Assembly (NCBI GenBank): GCA_046761065.1
Contig: JBHIFL010000002.1
Coordinates: 1-64,000 of the forward strand
Direction of reading: 5' to 3'
From: Candidatus Heimdallarchaeota archaeon
Lineage (GTDB): Archaea > Asgardarchaeota > Wukongarchaeia > Wukongarchaeales > JBHIFL01
Length of the DNA: 64,000 nt
Shown here: one piece after another, positions 21,290 to 33,304 of the stretch
Position numbering within the stretch: the stretch's first letter is position 1
How the letters are laid out: every line of letters starts with the position of its first letter
The notes under the pieces: model-generated
Database searches by the model: none
Told to the model about the DNA's origin: nothing
The model's input: only the letters and a program-made list of their open reading frames with translations
Program-made: the position numbers and the translations under genes

Positions 21290-21878
21290 GTGTCATCAGG
21301 ACTTTTTTCTAAAAGAATGAGATCCTAAGGTGTAGTGGAGGAGTCAATAAGGGCAAAGGTTTCTACCAGCCTTTAGTTGGTGAGCTAAGGGCGGAGGAAC
21401 TTCAGGTCAGGTGGCAGTAATGCAGATCTTATCATAGGGAGCACTAGGCGGATAGTCCAAGGCACCTTCGCCACGAGGGAGTAGGACATCGATATATACT
21501 GATTTTTCCAGATTGCTGCGGGCAAATGTGTAGGTTGCGGGATCAATCGCAATGGTGACTACTAGCCCTTTGTTCCTAACGATTTCCCGTGTGAGTATTG
21601 CGCCATAGTTCATTTCTGCGCCCACTTCTAGGAAAGTGTTCTATTCAGTCAATTTTAGGACTTATAAAAAAGGGGATAACTATGGGGGGAGGAGATCGTG
21701 GAATTCGCGTCAGGTAGAATGAGAGGGATCTCGAGGTAAGCATAATCTTTGTATCCTTAGGGAATGAAGTCTTCATGAGGGGCTTGGAGCATCGCCTCCT
21801 GAACCCAAGTGGATTTTAAAAAGCTGTGGTTTATGAGCCACTCTACTCTTTCTTGGCATGTTGTTGAAACTCTTGCAT
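21290..21878 (-). pseudogene. protein-L-isoaspartate O-methyltransferase pseudogene
   Basis: fragments EAMLQAPHEDFIP*GYKDYAY, STISSPH, FLEVG, APYDKICITAT, with stops and frameshifts; ends approximate. Confidence 0.75.
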
Positions 21879-22276
21879 CGTTTTTTCTGGTTGTTTATTG
21901 GCGAAACAATCCATCCCCACCTCTTATAGGATCTTTCTCTTTCAGGGAGGCCATCTTGCGGGCGATATTCGCCCAAAACAGAAATGGGTTCAAAATAACA
22001 TTTCCAACAGTAAACCTGATACTATGGATAAAAATCACTTTCGAGACCGTTTTGAAAAGTTATAGAGCTAATCTAAAAAATAACCCCTTTCAGAGTTAGT
22101 GAGCCATATTTATTCCTATCCTGAGGTATTATATTAGCTCCTTCAAGAGGAATTTGGATTTATGTAATATAGTAAACACAGGAAGCCTTAAGATATTTCT
22201 TTTAGATGATAATCTGCAACAGTTTTTCCAATGAGATATCTTTAAGAATTATTTCGGCTGCTCAACATAGATATCC

Positions 22277-23128
22277 ATGGAAAAGGAGAACGTGGGAATA
22301 GTGCATCATGAACTTGTGGGGTTAATTCCTGCCGCAGGGGAAGGGACAAGATTATATCCATTTGCCCGAGCCGTCCCTAAAGAAATCTATCCACTGTTGG
22401 GAAAACCAGTTATTGAACATGCAGTGGAAAACTTGAGGATGGGAGGAATTCAGAAAATCTTTTTGATTGTTGGGTACCAAAAGGGTGCGTTAATGGATTA
22501 TTTAGGAGATGGGAGTCAATTTGATGTTAGTATTGCATATATTTTTCAGCTGCAACGCCGTGGCTTGGGGCATGCAATTTTACAGGCGAAAGACTGGATT
22601 GATACATCCTTCGTCACGTTACTTGGCGATTCCTTTGTCGAACCGAAATTGGAGGTAGCTAAGCTAATTGATTTGCATAAAACAAAGAAACCTCTAGCTA
22701 CTTTATTACTCTTCAATGTCCATGATCCTACCAATTATGGGATTGCAAAAATGAATGGGATTGAAGGGCATTCAGGGATGATTGAGGCGTTGGTTGAGAA
22801 ACCCACACCTAAAGAGGCCCAAAATTATCTTGTAAGCGGTGAATATCATGCAATATGCGGATTCTATGTGTTTGAACCAGAAATTTTTGGCTACATTGAA
22901 CAGACGCCCCCAGGAGCGAAGAATGAAATTCAAATCACAGATGCTCTAGAACTCGCGATTCAAAGTGGGGAGACTGTTTGCGGACATATCTTGAACGGAA
23001 AATATCTGGATATCGGAAAATGGCATACCGTTCTCCAAGCCGAAAAAGACCTCCTTGAGGCAAGAGGTTTAGAGAATTATATTAAAGATCGAGAACAGCT
23101 GAGAAAACAATTAAATCAGAATTTATGA
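22277..23128 (+). CDS. sugar-1-phosphate nucleotidyltransferase (RmlA/GalU-like)
   Basis: GLIPAAGEGTRL.P...PKE, GLGHAI, LVEKP, EIQITDAL, YLDIG. Confidence 0.9.
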   Translation: MEKENVGIVHHELVGLIPAAGEGTRLYPFARAVPKEIYPLLGKPVIEHAVENLRMGGIQKIFLIVGYQKGALMDYLGDGSQFDVSIAYIFQLQRRGLGHAILQAKDWIDTSFVTLLGDSFVEPKLEVAKLIDLHKTKKPLATLLLFNVHDPTNYGIAKMNGIEGHSGMIEALVEKPTPKEAQNYLVSGEYHAICGFYVFEPEIFGYIEQTPPGAKNEIQITDALELAIQSGETVCGHILNGKYLDIGKWHTVLQAEKDLLEARGLENYIKDREQLRKQLNQNL

Positions 23129-23361
23129 AAAGTTCGTGAAGGATGGTTGTTCCTCTAAAAAAGAGAAACCTGCTTGTTTTCTGTTTTCCCATTTGAAAAG
23201 TGTCAAGGACGCATTTCCTGCGTTGAATAAGAGAAAGGATCGCTTTTCTGGAACTAGGTAATATTAATGCTCGAAAAATAAACCTTTAAAGGTTGACATT
23301 TTTAAAGTGAATATATTTTGGTTTACATTTAGTAAAATTTTACTGCTTACAAATAAATGAG

Positions 23362-24006
23362 GTGAGCCCCATATACTTTATTGTAACCTGTGATCTTATC
23401 CACTCAAAAAAGGCGTTAGATCGATCCCAAGTCCAACAAGAATTGAGGAAAGCAGTGGATATTGTTAATAGAGAATATAGACAAAAGCTCGTATGCCCAT
23501 TTATAACTGTTTGGGGGGATTCCTTCCAAGGAGCTCTAAAATCTCTAAAAGGTTTCTATAACCTCATAGAAACCTTTGAAGAGCTAATTTCAGTAGAATT
23601 CAGGTGTGGGATTGGAGTTGGGAAGCTCACCACCGAAATTTCCACGACCACGCTAGAGATGGATGGTCCAGCGTTCCATCGCTCGCGAGCCGCGCTGGAT
23701 ATAGCGGAAAAAGGCCAACGACGAGTTTGGATTCAATCAGGGAATCACGTTTTTGATGGGATGGTGAATAGTATATTGACGCTATTATATGCGCTTAAAA
23801 GCCGATGGACACCCCATCAAAAAGAAATAATTCGAATGAGACGAAAAGGAATGACGTATGCTGAGATTGGAGAAAAGAAAAAGATAAGTAAACAAGCGGT
23901 TTACAAGAGTTTAAAAACCGCAAAGTGGGAGGAAGCGTTCCTAGCAATTCGGACACTGAATAATTTAACAGGAACTTATTTTAAGCAGTTGGAGGGCATG
24001 GAATGA
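23362..24006 (+). CDS. SatD family protein
   Basis: TCDLIHSK, GDSFQG, GIGVG, MDGPAF, C-terminal HTH (ISKQAV). Confidence 0.85.
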   Translation: MSPIYFIVTCDLIHSKKALDRSQVQQELRKAVDIVNREYRQKLVCPFITVWGDSFQGALKSLKGFYNLIETFEELISVEFRCGIGVGKLTTEISTTTLEMDGPAFHRSRAALDIAEKGQRRVWIQSGNHVFDGMVNSILTLLYALKSRWTPHQKEIIRMRRKGMTYAEIGEKKKISKQAVYKSLKTAKWEEAFLAIRTLNNLTGTYFKQLEGME

Positions 24007-24413
24007 ACCTTTACGGAATTATAATTCTAATTAGCGCTTATATAGTGGGGATATTTGGCGGAGCGCCACTAGTTGGACGAGTCTTGAAGAATTTCGCTAT
24101 CTCACAAATCCCTCAATTAGAAGAAGGACTGCCTCGAGCGGGAAGAATGATTGGAATGCTCGAAAGAAGCATCATACTGACATTCAGTTTCTTTGGTGAT
24201 TTCGCCTCAATTTCCTTTATTTTCTTGGCAAAATCAATGGCGCGGTTCCGACAGCTTGAAAATCGACAATTTGCGGAATATTATCTCATCGGAACCTTAT
24301 TAAGTTTCTTTTTCGCCCTCCTTGTGTGGATCATGGTCGAAGTCATTTGGGATGCCTTACAATTATCTCCTTTCCCACTCGTAAACTTGAATTGGTTTAC
24401 TACTTTCATGTAA
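24003..24413 (+). CDS. membrane protein of the type associated with SatD (DUF3307-like)
   Basis: AGRMIGMLER, AKSMARF, AEYYLIGTLLSF; ATGA overlap with the SatD gene. Confidence 0.75.
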   Translation: MNLYGIIILISAYIVGIFGGAPLVGRVLKNFAISQIPQLEEGLPRAGRMIGMLERSIILTFSFFGDFASISFIFLAKSMARFRQLENRQFAEYYLIGTLLSFFFALLVWIMVEVIWDALQLSPFPLVNLNWFTTFM

Positions 24414-24626
24414 TCTTTTTCAGGTTAACTTTTTCACTATCAAACAAATATTTAAAGGGTCTTACCATATGAGATTAAAAGATTATATCTTACCATATTA
24501 GTAATTTATATAATCGGTGTTATCCCAATGATACTTGTTTTCTCCCTCCGATTTTGCCTATCCTATGTGACCCCTTCCTTACCGCCTATATTAGGACAAA
24601 TGTTTTTGACAAAAATGTTTTCACCC

Positions 24627-25271
24627 TTATAGATCAATTTCTTGTGCACGATAATAAGTAACATCTCCACTCCGATCAATAACAGCCAAAAGGAGTTGTT
24701 TTCGAGCTGCAAGAGCAATTGAAAAGAGATATTCGAGGGTTTCTAGTGGAAGCCGCTTCCCTTCAACCATTGGAGCAACAAATAACTTAGCTGGATCCCG
24801 CCCCGGTTGCCCACCCCGCTGATAGACCCGGAATAAAATTGGATCTTCAAAGCCAATCCGGACAATGTATCCTCGCATTCGCAAATCCTTATAAACCAGG
24901 TAGTTAACCCAAAAGTCGTTGTTTTTCATGACAAAGTAGTGAACTACTTGCTGAAGAGTCATTTGAGAGCTGGCTTTTTCATCTAAAATCACCAGGCGTT
25001 TTCGCTCGATCAAGTTTATAGCCTCTACATCACTAAGAAGTAAAGTTTCTTGGTCTTTCAATTCCCCATAAAAACCCGTATTGTACAAGATACTCGCTCC
25101 TGGACCGATAACAAGGATTCGACCATTCTGGAACACGCCAGTAGCCACAAAAACCTCTTCTTCAAGTCCGGTAGGTCTCTCTTCTTCGTTTCCGTTTTCG
25201 ATTGTTTCATCACCCACGAGAGAGCACCTTCCAACTAAAAAACATCTTGAATACCTAATGTATACTCTCAA
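24627..25271 (-). CDS. endA: tRNA splicing endonuclease subunit, probably the structural (beta) type
   Basis: LS.VEA..L, YLVYKDLRMRGY, FRVY.RG, RKQLLLAVID..GDVTYY; catalytic His and G(L)KFG motif not evident; true start may be downstream. Confidence 0.85.
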   Translation of the reverse strand: MRVYIRYSRCFLVGRCSLVGDETIENGNEEERPTGLEEEVFVATGVFQNGRILVIGPGASILYNTGFYGELKDQETLLLSDVEAINLIERKRLVILDEKASSQMTLQQVVHYFVMKNNDFWVNYLVYKDLRMRGYIVRIGFEDPILFRVYQRGGQPGRDPAKLFVAPMVEGKRLPLETLEYLFSIALAARKQLLLAVIDRSGDVTYYRAQEIDL

Positions 25272-25513
25272 ACACCGAAAAATAGAATAAGAAACTTGTG
25301 ATGCATACGTAATTTTGCTCTTATAAGAAGGAAAATGTAAAAAAAGTCAGAAGGAGAAATAAATAAACGATTCAATGTCTTTTTCCTCTTTCGAGTCTAA
25401 TTAACCTTGATAACACTTTTTTACCAATGCCCAGAATTAACATAGTTGATTAACTAAGCCATAATAAAAGCCTTATCGAGTGCATATAAAATACTAAAAA
25501 AAGTTGATCACTT

Positions 25514-26575
25514 TTGAAGGAAATAACTCCACAGATAAGAGATGATCCATGTCTACCGCGCTCAGTAGTTTGGTTAGATAATTTATTACGACTTCTTGAC
25601 CAAAACAGCGTCCAATTTCCTTATAACTTACAATATATTGAAGCAACTACCTCAGAAGCCGTCATTGCCGCGATTAAGGAGATGAATGTTCGAGGAGCCC
25701 CAGCTATTAGCCTTGCAGGTGGCTACGGCCTTGCACTTGCGGCGATAAAAAGTAAAAGCAAATCTTCGCAAGAATTTTATAGTGAAATGATACGTGCAGG
25801 CTCCACTTTGAAAAGTACCCGCCCGACAGCTGTGAACTTGGCAAACGTTATTGATAGAATACTTAAGAGCTTGAATCCGAAATTAGATATTGAACAACAA
25901 AAAGAATACATAGTCAAAGAGATTAAGAGAATTCATGCCGAAGAAGAGGCAACATATAGAAATTTGAGCCAAAGAGGAGTCGAACTCCTTACGGATCACG
26001 CTCAAGTCCTTACGCACTGTAATACTGGAGCTCTTGCCACAGGAACTACGTATGGCACCGCAATAGGGATTATACAATTGGGGCACCAACAGGGCAAAAT
26101 TCGGCACGTCTATGCAACAGAAACTCGACCAAGGCTCCAAGGTCTAAAAATAACAGCTTGGGAATTGCAACAACTGAAGATCCCCACCACAATAATTGTG
26201 GAGGGAGCGGTTGGTTATGTGCTTGCGAAAAAAGAGATCGATTGCATCTTGGTAGGAGCAGATCGGGTTCTTATTAACGAACAACCACCGTATTTTGTAT
26301 TGAATAAAATTGGTACGCTTCCATTGGCAATTATGGCTAAGTACTATAATATACCTCTAATTGTGGCTTCGCCCTACTCCACATTTGACTATCAGAATAA
26401 ATTGAAGGAAATTAAAATCGAATTAAGAGATAAAAGGGAGATCACTCACTTCGAGGGACACCAAATAGCTCCTGAAAACATTAATGCTCTCAACTTGGCT
26501 TTTGATGTCACACCTCCAGACTTAATAACTGCAATTGTGACAGAAAAGGAGATTATTTATCCAACACTTGGATAG
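25514..26575 (+). CDS. mtnA: S-methyl-5-thioribose-1-phosphate isomerase
   Basis: VRGAPAI, TRPTAVNL, LTHCNTGALAT, ETRPRLQG, VGADR, NKIGT, FDVTP. Confidence 0.93.
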   Translation: MKEITPQIRDDPCLPRSVVWLDNLLRLLDQNSVQFPYNLQYIEATTSEAVIAAIKEMNVRGAPAISLAGGYGLALAAIKSKSKSSQEFYSEMIRAGSTLKSTRPTAVNLANVIDRILKSLNPKLDIEQQKEYIVKEIKRIHAEEEATYRNLSQRGVELLTDHAQVLTHCNTGALATGTTYGTAIGIIQLGHQQGKIRHVYATETRPRLQGLKITAWELQQLKIPTTIIVEGAVGYVLAKKEIDCILVGADRVLINEQPPYFVLNKIGTLPLAIMAKYYNIPLIVASPYSTFDYQNKLKEIKIELRDKREITHFEGHQIAPENINALNLAFDVTPPDLITAIVTEKEIIYPTLG

Positions 26576-26775
26576 AATGGTGAAGGCTCTACTTTTACTT
26601 ATTACTAAGAATGGAGTTTGATAAAAAATCGAATAGTCCCTTTTGAAATTAGAAAGACAAGTCTGGTTAGCACTATCTTAATTTACTATGTATCAATTAA
26701 GAAAAAGGCATTTAAAGAAAGAAAAGAGGGAACAATAGTTGTTCCTTTCCACTATAAACCAGTAGTAGCATTACA

Positions 26776-28242
26776 TCAGGCATCTGTTCGATTGAAGTCG
26801 TAGTTTGGATCACGGTTCCGCGGATGGTATTTTTCGATGGTTTCAGGGACAATTCGCTTTAAATCTGCATCGGGGAACATGGTCAGGAGTTCCCATCCGA
26901 TATCTAATGTCTGGAAAATCGAACGGTTTTCGAATTCCCCTTGGGCAATGAACTCATACTCAAAACGGTCCGCAAATTCGAGAAACTTGCGATCTTGGTC
27001 GGTCAGGGCTTCCTCTCCAACCACAGCTACTAAGTCCCGCAAATCGCGGCCTGTGGCATAAGCGGCATACAGCTGATCCGAGACTTCTTTCTGGTCTTGA
27101 CGGGTTCGGCCTTTACCAATGCTCATTTTCATCAAGCGGGACAATGAAGGAAGGGGATTCATTGGAGGATAGATGCCTTTTCGATGTAGGCCGCGATCCA
27201 ACAACAACTGTCCTTCTGTGATATAACCAGTCAGATCAATAACCGGATGAGTAATGTCATCGTTAGGCATCGTTAAAATGGGTAATTGAGTAATAGTTCC
27301 CTTGCGGCCTTTGATCCGGCCTGCACGCTCATAGATCGTAGCTAAATCGGTATATAAATAACCTGGATAGCCCCGACGACCAGGCACCTCTTCCCGCGCG
27401 GCGGAGATTTCTCGTAAGGCTTCGGCGTAGTTCGTCATATCAGTTAAGATAACGAGTAGTTGCAAATCATAATCATAAGCTAAGGCTTCGGCTGCAGTTA
27501 GGGCAAGTCTAGGGGTGATAATTCGTTCTACAGCAGGTTGGTCTGCCAGATTTAGAAAGAGTACCACATTTTCGAGGGCCCCTGTACGTTCAAAGCTCCG
27601 ACGGAAAAATCGGGCTTCTTCGGCGGTGATGCCCATGGCTGCAAAGACAACAGCAAATTCCTCCTCTTCACCAAGTACACGTGCTTGACGAGCGATCTGG
27701 GCGGCGATACGATTATGAGGGAGGCCATTCCCTGAGAAAATGGGGAGTTTTTGCCCTCTTGTAAGGGTATTCAAGCCATCAATCGCGCTTATGCCAGTTT
27801 GGATAAATTCGCGGGGATATTCTCGAGCCTCTGGGTTGATTGGCGCGCCATGAATGTCACGAACATCTTCTGCAATAAGAGGAGGACCCCCATCAATGGG
27901 TATCCCCTTCCCACTGAAGACGCGGCCCATCATATCCGCCCCCACTGCAAGTTTCATCGTTTCACCGAGGAATCGCACATTAGTCTTTGCAACATCAAGG
28001 CCTCGAGTCCCTTCAAATACTTGAACTACTGCAATTTTCGTAGTCACCTCTAAAACCTGACCTGTACGCTTTTCGCCAGAGGGGTCTTCAACCGAAACAA
28101 TTTCTCCATAAGAAATTCCGGTCACACCCTCGACAAAAAGCAAAGGGCCAGCAACCTGCTGAATCGTGCGGTATGTTCGAATTGTACTCACTGGCTTAGT
28201 TTTCAGTATATCCGTACTCAATTCCAAAATATTGCACCTCAT
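26776..28242 (-). CDS. atpB: A/V-type ATP synthase subunit B
   Basis: [42 protein letters not shown]. Confidence 0.97.
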   Translation of the reverse strand: MRCNILELSTDILKTKPVSTIRTYRTIQQVAGPLLFVEGVTGISYGEIVSVEDPSGEKRTGQVLEVTTKIAVVQVFEGTRGLDVAKTNVRFLGETMKLAVGADMMGRVFSGKGIPIDGGPPLIAEDVRDIHGAPINPEAREYPREFIQTGISAIDGLNTLTRGQKLPIFSGNGLPHNRIAAQIARQARVLGEEEEFAVVFAAMGITAEEARFFRRSFERTGALENVVLFLNLADQPAVERIITPRLALTAAEALAYDYDLQLLVILTDMTNYAEALREISAAREEVPGRRGYPGYLYTDLATIYERAGRIKGRKGTITQLPILTMPNDDITHPVIDLTGYITEGQLLLDRGLHRKGIYPPMNPLPSLSRLMKMSIGKGRTRQDQKEVSDQLYAAYATGRDLRDLVAVVGEEALTDQDRKFLEFADRFEYEFIAQGEFENRSIFQTLDIGWELLTMFPDADLKRIVPETIEKYHPRNRDPNYDFNRTDA

Positions 28243-28252
28243 ATATATCCTT

Positions 28253-30040
28253 TCAAGTGGATATCGGTTTTTCAGTGAGCGTTTCAGGGCTCAGTTCCTG
28301 AATATCTTTCATAATGACCTCAAGGCGCCGTTCAAATTCCTCCCCTAGATACCACTTCATCCGAGATACCTTGTCAAAAAGAGGGATCCCTGTCAAATCG
28401 CGAACCATGATCCCTTTATCTTGTAACTCTTGCATCTTATGGTAGAACTTTAAAATGGCGTTTAACATCTTGTACTGCTTATCAAGTGGACAAAATGAAT
28501 CTTCACTGTACGAATTTTGCATCAAGTAGTCTTCCCGCAACATCCGTGCTGCTTCCAAGACGATTCGTTCACTCTCTGGGAGTGCATCTGGACCCACTAG
28601 CTGAACGATCTCTTGAAGTTCCTTTTCTTTCTGTAAGATTGCCATGGATTCTCTCCGAAGGCTAATGAAGTCTGAAGCGACATTATCTACAAACCAGGGT
28701 TCAAGGTCCTCTAAGTAAAGGGAATAAGAATTTAACCAGTCAATCGCTGGGAAGTGCCGGCGACTGGCAAGATCTTTGCTTAAGGCATAAAAAACTTTGA
28801 CAACTCGGAGAGTACTCTGAGTCACGGGTTCTGAAAAATCCCCTCCTGGCGGTGAGACCGCTCCTATGACCGTAATACTGCCAATACGTTCAGGAGATCC
28901 TACTGTTTTAATGCGACCTGAGCGTTCATAAAATTCTGCAACCTTTGAGCCCAAATATGCAGGATACCCTTCCTCACCTGGCATCTCTTCAAGGCGGCCA
29001 CTTACCTCCCGAATAGCCTCAGCCCACCGACTCGTGGAATCTGCCATTAAGGCCACATTATACCCTTGATCGCGATAATACTCCGCCAGAGTGATTCCCG
29101 TATAGACACTTGCTTCCCGGGCTGCAACAGGCATGTTTGAGGTATTTGCGATAAGAACAGTTCGATTCATCAGAGGTTCGCCACTACGAGGATCCTCTAG
29201 CCGTGGGAACTCCAGTAGGACTTCGGCCATTTCATTACCACGCTCGCCGCACCCCACATAGACAACCACCTTGGCATCACTCCATTTAGCCAGTTGATGT
29301 TGCATCACAGTTTTTCCAGTCCCGAACGCGCCAGGAATTGCTCCCGTACCTCCTTTAGCAATTGGGACAAAAGTATCGAAGATTCGCTGTCCTGTAATCA
29401 ATGGCACGGATGAGGGCAATTTTTGGGTGATAGGGCGAGGTGTCCGGACTGGCCATATATGAAACATCTTGAATGGTTTTTCTTCCCCATTTGACATGTA
29501 GATACAGATATCCTCATCAATGGTGTACTCTCCCTCTTCTACGACAGACTTGACTTTCCCTGGTGTTATTAACGGCGGAGTAAGAACCCGATGTGTCACA
29601 AGAGTCGATTCTTTGACTTCTCCGAGAATATCACCGGGTCCAATAGGATCTCCCACATGCACCTTAGGTATAAAAGCCCATCGCTTGGTATGATCGAGTG
29701 GAGAGGGCACAATACCTCGTCTAATGAATTCCCCAACCTCGGCAACAAGAGCTGGGAGTGGGCGTTGGATCCCATCGAAGATCTGCCCGATTAATCCGGG
29801 TCCTAGTTCAACACAGAGGGGTTCCCCCGTAGGAATTACCGTTTCTCCAGGTTTAAGGCCTGCAGTCTCCTCATAAACCTGGATAGTTGCCACATCTCCC
29901 AAAAGGCGGATGATTTCACCAATGAGTTCTTCTTCTCCAACGCGACAGACCTCATACATAGAAGTTCCCAAGAGGTTTTCTGCCTCGACAACCGGACCAC
30001 TGACTCTCACAATATTACCCATCTTTTGGGTTGTTTCCAT
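28253..30040 (-). CDS. atpA: A/V-type ATP synthase subunit A
   Basis: [35 protein letters not shown]; no intein. Confidence 0.98.
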   Translation of the reverse strand: METTQKMGNIVRVSGPVVEAENLLGTSMYEVCRVGEEELIGEIIRLLGDVATIQVYEETAGLKPGETVIPTGEPLCVELGPGLIGQIFDGIQRPLPALVAEVGEFIRRGIVPSPLDHTKRWAFIPKVHVGDPIGPGDILGEVKESTLVTHRVLTPPLITPGKVKSVVEEGEYTIDEDICIYMSNGEEKPFKMFHIWPVRTPRPITQKLPSSVPLITGQRIFDTFVPIAKGGTGAIPGAFGTGKTVMQHQLAKWSDAKVVVYVGCGERGNEMAEVLLEFPRLEDPRSGEPLMNRTVLIANTSNMPVAAREASVYTGITLAEYYRDQGYNVALMADSTSRWAEAIREVSGRLEEMPGEEGYPAYLGSKVAEFYERSGRIKTVGSPERIGSITVIGAVSPPGGDFSEPVTQSTLRVVKVFYALSKDLASRRHFPAIDWLNSYSLYLEDLEPWFVDNVASDFISLRRESMAILQKEKELQEIVQLVGPDALPESERIVLEAARMLREDYLMQNSYSEDSFCPLDKQYKMLNAILKFYHKMQELQDKGIMVRDLTGIPLFDKVSRMKWYLGEEFERRLEVIMKDIQELSPETLTEKPIST

Positions 30041-31011
30041 TCATTTCCACCTCGTGTCCAGTTAATAGAAGGTCGTATCATCGATTAATACAGCTGATTT
30101 CATTATTATCCTTCGACTGCTATCATTTTTTCACCCCTTTAAAAGTACTTACATATTGTTGTGCTAAATATTTATTTCCAATCTCGTTCGAGTAAAGTTG
30201 AAATAAACTTTAAAAGCCTACCAAACTCCTAAATTCAAAAAATGGGAATTTGTAGATAGCTGTCAACACTAATCTGTAAACATAGCTCTATGTTACTTAT
30301 TAAGAATTGAGATTTTAAATTCAGGGTATGAAAGACGTTTCTCCAAAATTTACTTCTCGCGTTTCATTATTAAGTCTCCTTTAGTTATGTATGTTCACCA
30401 TCTTAACTCTATTCTTGAGAAGACAGTGGAAAAGATATACCTTCTTCACATGACATTTCAGCATTCATTTTGACAACATTTCCCACCAGATTAGAACCCC
30501 AAGTAAACGTCCATCTATTTATCTAAAATATTAGCAAGATGATTTTTTCTGCAAAGAGAGGAAATAAATTGCCAATACAAGGTTTAAATGATGATTTGAT
30601 TACATTGGTCTGGTGAAAAGTCACTTTATTCGATAACCCGAGCAGTAATGGTTGAAACTCCGAATTACTCTCTTTACAGATCATAGCCGCTCAAATAGCG
30701 ACAAATTTTGGAAGATTCATGAAAAAAGCCTCCTATTAAAGCACAATTCAAAACTATTGCTGAAAGCGAGTTTTATGGACAAATGGACAGGAGTAACACA
30801 ATTGAAAGAGTCCAAATAGCCCTCAAATCTCGTGGATGGATGAGAGGTAATGGGTGTGTGAATTACTCGGCAAAAATAAGCTAGTCAGACTGGTCTCTTC
30901 GCCTGATGCCCCGTCTGATAGGTTGAGGTAATTCATAATCCACACGAAACATAATTCTTAATAAATACGCCTTTTTACAAACTAATAACTAGAACTCAAA
31001 TACAAATTACT

Positions 31012-32076
31012 ATGGAGGAGGTACTCTTGACGACAACTGAAGAACTAATTCCATCAATTGAACGAAAAGTGAAATTTAAAATGGCTTATTTCCAAGCAGA
31101 GATGAAATTTCGCTTAAAAAAGGTGAAAACCGATTTAACTTCAGCACTTAACACTCTTGATTTTTTCAAGATTTTTATCCCCCTCATGATCGGATTAGTC
31201 ATTCTTTTATTTTTGGGGCTCTTTCTAGCTGGTTTGATGCTTTCAATTCTTGGAAGACTAGAAGGGAGCTTTCCAGGTGTCGCTTGGACTTTTGCAAAAG
31301 CTCAATTGACAGGAGAAAACTCAGTCCGCTTGTTTGGAACGTTGATGGCATATTTGGGCGCTATGATCATCCGTGGCTTGATGAAAAGCCGCATTCAGAA
31401 ATTTGCTGATAGTGTACGTGCTAAAAAAGCAATAATCTATGTCTTTGGGACAAGTATCTATGCAGAAACCTTCATTAAAGAAATGATCAAACTTGGGTTC
31501 TCTGAACGAGTGGCCCTCGTGGCAGAACGTGGGCTAATCTGGGTTGAAGAAGTCAGTTCCCAATGTGATACCCTGATTGAAGAGAATCTCGAGGAATTTG
31601 AAAAAACCAACCTCTATGACATTATAGGGTTTGAAAACGCAGCTAAAATCTTAGTTCTTACAGAAGATCCAACAATGAACCAAAACATCATTACATTCAC
31701 ACGAGAACGCAATAAAACTGTCGAAATCGTCGTGTTAGCCCGATTTGCGCCAAGTTTTATAAGAACCCTTCAAGCATATGTGGAAGGAATTCAGATTATT
31801 GATGATATTGGAGGTATCACCCAAGATTTAGTCCAATCCTTGTCACTGGAAATAACTTTTGCTCCGACATTTTGGGTTCCTACGCCAAAATCATATATAG
31901 GTGAGAGGGGAAATGCGATTACCGCAGATATCCCAGGTGTAGAGGTCTTGAAAATTAATCATGAGAGCCAACTTTTAGATCCCGAAGCACTAATCTCTTT
32001 GGGAGATAAACTGCTCCTTTACGTTCATGATGAGAAAACTTTACGAATATTGTCCCGAATTATCACTCAAGAGTGA
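31012..32076 (+). CDS. membrane protein with an RCK/TrkA-like C-terminal region
   Basis: two hydrophobic helices followed by Rossmann-like IIYVFG, AAKILVLTED, GDKLLLY. Confidence 0.6.
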   Translation: MEEVLLTTTEELIPSIERKVKFKMAYFQAEMKFRLKKVKTDLTSALNTLDFFKIFIPLMIGLVILLFLGLFLAGLMLSILGRLEGSFPGVAWTFAKAQLTGENSVRLFGTLMAYLGAMIIRGLMKSRIQKFADSVRAKKAIIYVFGTSIYAETFIKEMIKLGFSERVALVAERGLIWVEEVSSQCDTLIEENLEEFEKTNLYDIIGFENAAKILVLTEDPTMNQNIITFTRERNKTVEIVVLARFAPSFIRTLQAYVEGIQIIDDIGGITQDLVQSLSLEITFAPTFWVPTPKSYIGERGNAITADIPGVEVLKINHESQLLDPEALISLGDKLLLYVHDEKTLRILSRIITQE

Positions 32077-32369
32077 TTTCCACTCTTTTTTCTGTTAGAA
32101 GTATGTTTAACGTTGCCAAGATCCACATGTTGCAAAATAGAATGGCTATGACTAATATGGTAAGACACCTTTCAATTCAAGATCCTTCAATTTTATTCAT
32201 TTCAATTAATCAGGTTAGATCCTTATCTTGACTCCTCATTAAAGAACGTATTAAAAACGTTAGAATTAATTAAACCCATAGAATTCATCTGATATAATAT
32301 GAATAGTTCTCTCTGGAATCAAAATAAGATGCTCTAACATTATTCATTTTGAAAGGGACTTTGTCTTTT

Positions 32370-33152
32370 TTAAGAGTTTTCTGGAGATTCTGGACCCGTT
32401 TCCCTCCAGAGAAATTCAAAGTATGTAGCTCCAAGCTGCGCAAGACCAAAATGATCCGACCATATGCCAATAACTCCAATTAACTGTTCAAGGTCGGTGG
32501 TTACCGATGGGAGCATCAGAAGAATCTCCCGTTCGTCAACGATTACACACCCCCCATAGATTCCATCACGCCATCGAACTTCACCGATGAGTCGTAACGC
32601 ATCAACTTCTTTAGGATCTGTGCGTGATGAAATCAAGAACTGAAGATGCTTGTTTAATTCAACTAAACGTCTGAGAAAAGGGGAAAGGAATCGAAGATGG
32701 ACGTCTGTAATGATGGGGGTAAGAATTAAGACAGAATGTTCTGCCCGTGTCAACATGGTCTCTAATTTCGCCAGGATTGCGGGTTCCCCATGTACCAGAA
32801 CTATATCGTGATGTTCAGCTGCACTTCCGCCTTTTTCGAAAATTGGTTGGAGTTCATCTATAATAGATTGACGACTGGCATCTATTTCTTTAGTTTTTTT
32901 CAAAATAATTGCACGAGTAGCTTCGTCGGGTGATTTGGCCACATAGAGAGTTGGGCGCCCTCTTTCAGCCGTAACAAATTGTTTTTTTTCAAGGGATTTA
33001 AGTACATCATAGACTCGGGAATATGGAATCCCCGATTCATTAGAGATTTGTAATGCGGTAAGGGGTCCTTGTTCCAAAAGAGCTAAATATGTTCGTATCT
33101 CGTAATCTGTGAGCCCTAAAGTTGCTAATGCTGTCCGAACTTCACCACTCAT
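32370..33152 (-). CDS. TrmB family transcriptional regulator
   Basis: LGLTDYEIRTYLALL, SGIPYSRVYDVLKSL, GRPTLY. Confidence 0.92.
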   Translation of the reverse strand: MSGEVRTALATLGLTDYEIRTYLALLEQGPLTALQISNESGIPYSRVYDVLKSLEKKQFVTAERGRPTLYVAKSPDEATRAIILKKTKEIDASRQSIIDELQPIFEKGGSAAEHHDIVLVHGEPAILAKLETMLTRAEHSVLILTPIITDVHLRFLSPFLRRLVELNKHLQFLISSRTDPKEVDALRLIGEVRWRDGIYGGCVIVDEREILLMLPSVTTDLEQLIGVIGIWSDHFGLAQLGATYFEFLWRETGPESPENS

Positions 33153-33304
33153 TTAGTTCGCACCACTTTAATATCAGAATTATGGAAAGAGAAGTGATTT
33201 CCTTTATTTTCTCATTTCCGATTATCAAACTGAAGAGAATTCTTATATATGAGATTACGAAGTTTCAACTAATCTTTTATTATTGTTGATGGTGGTGAAT
33301 TTTA

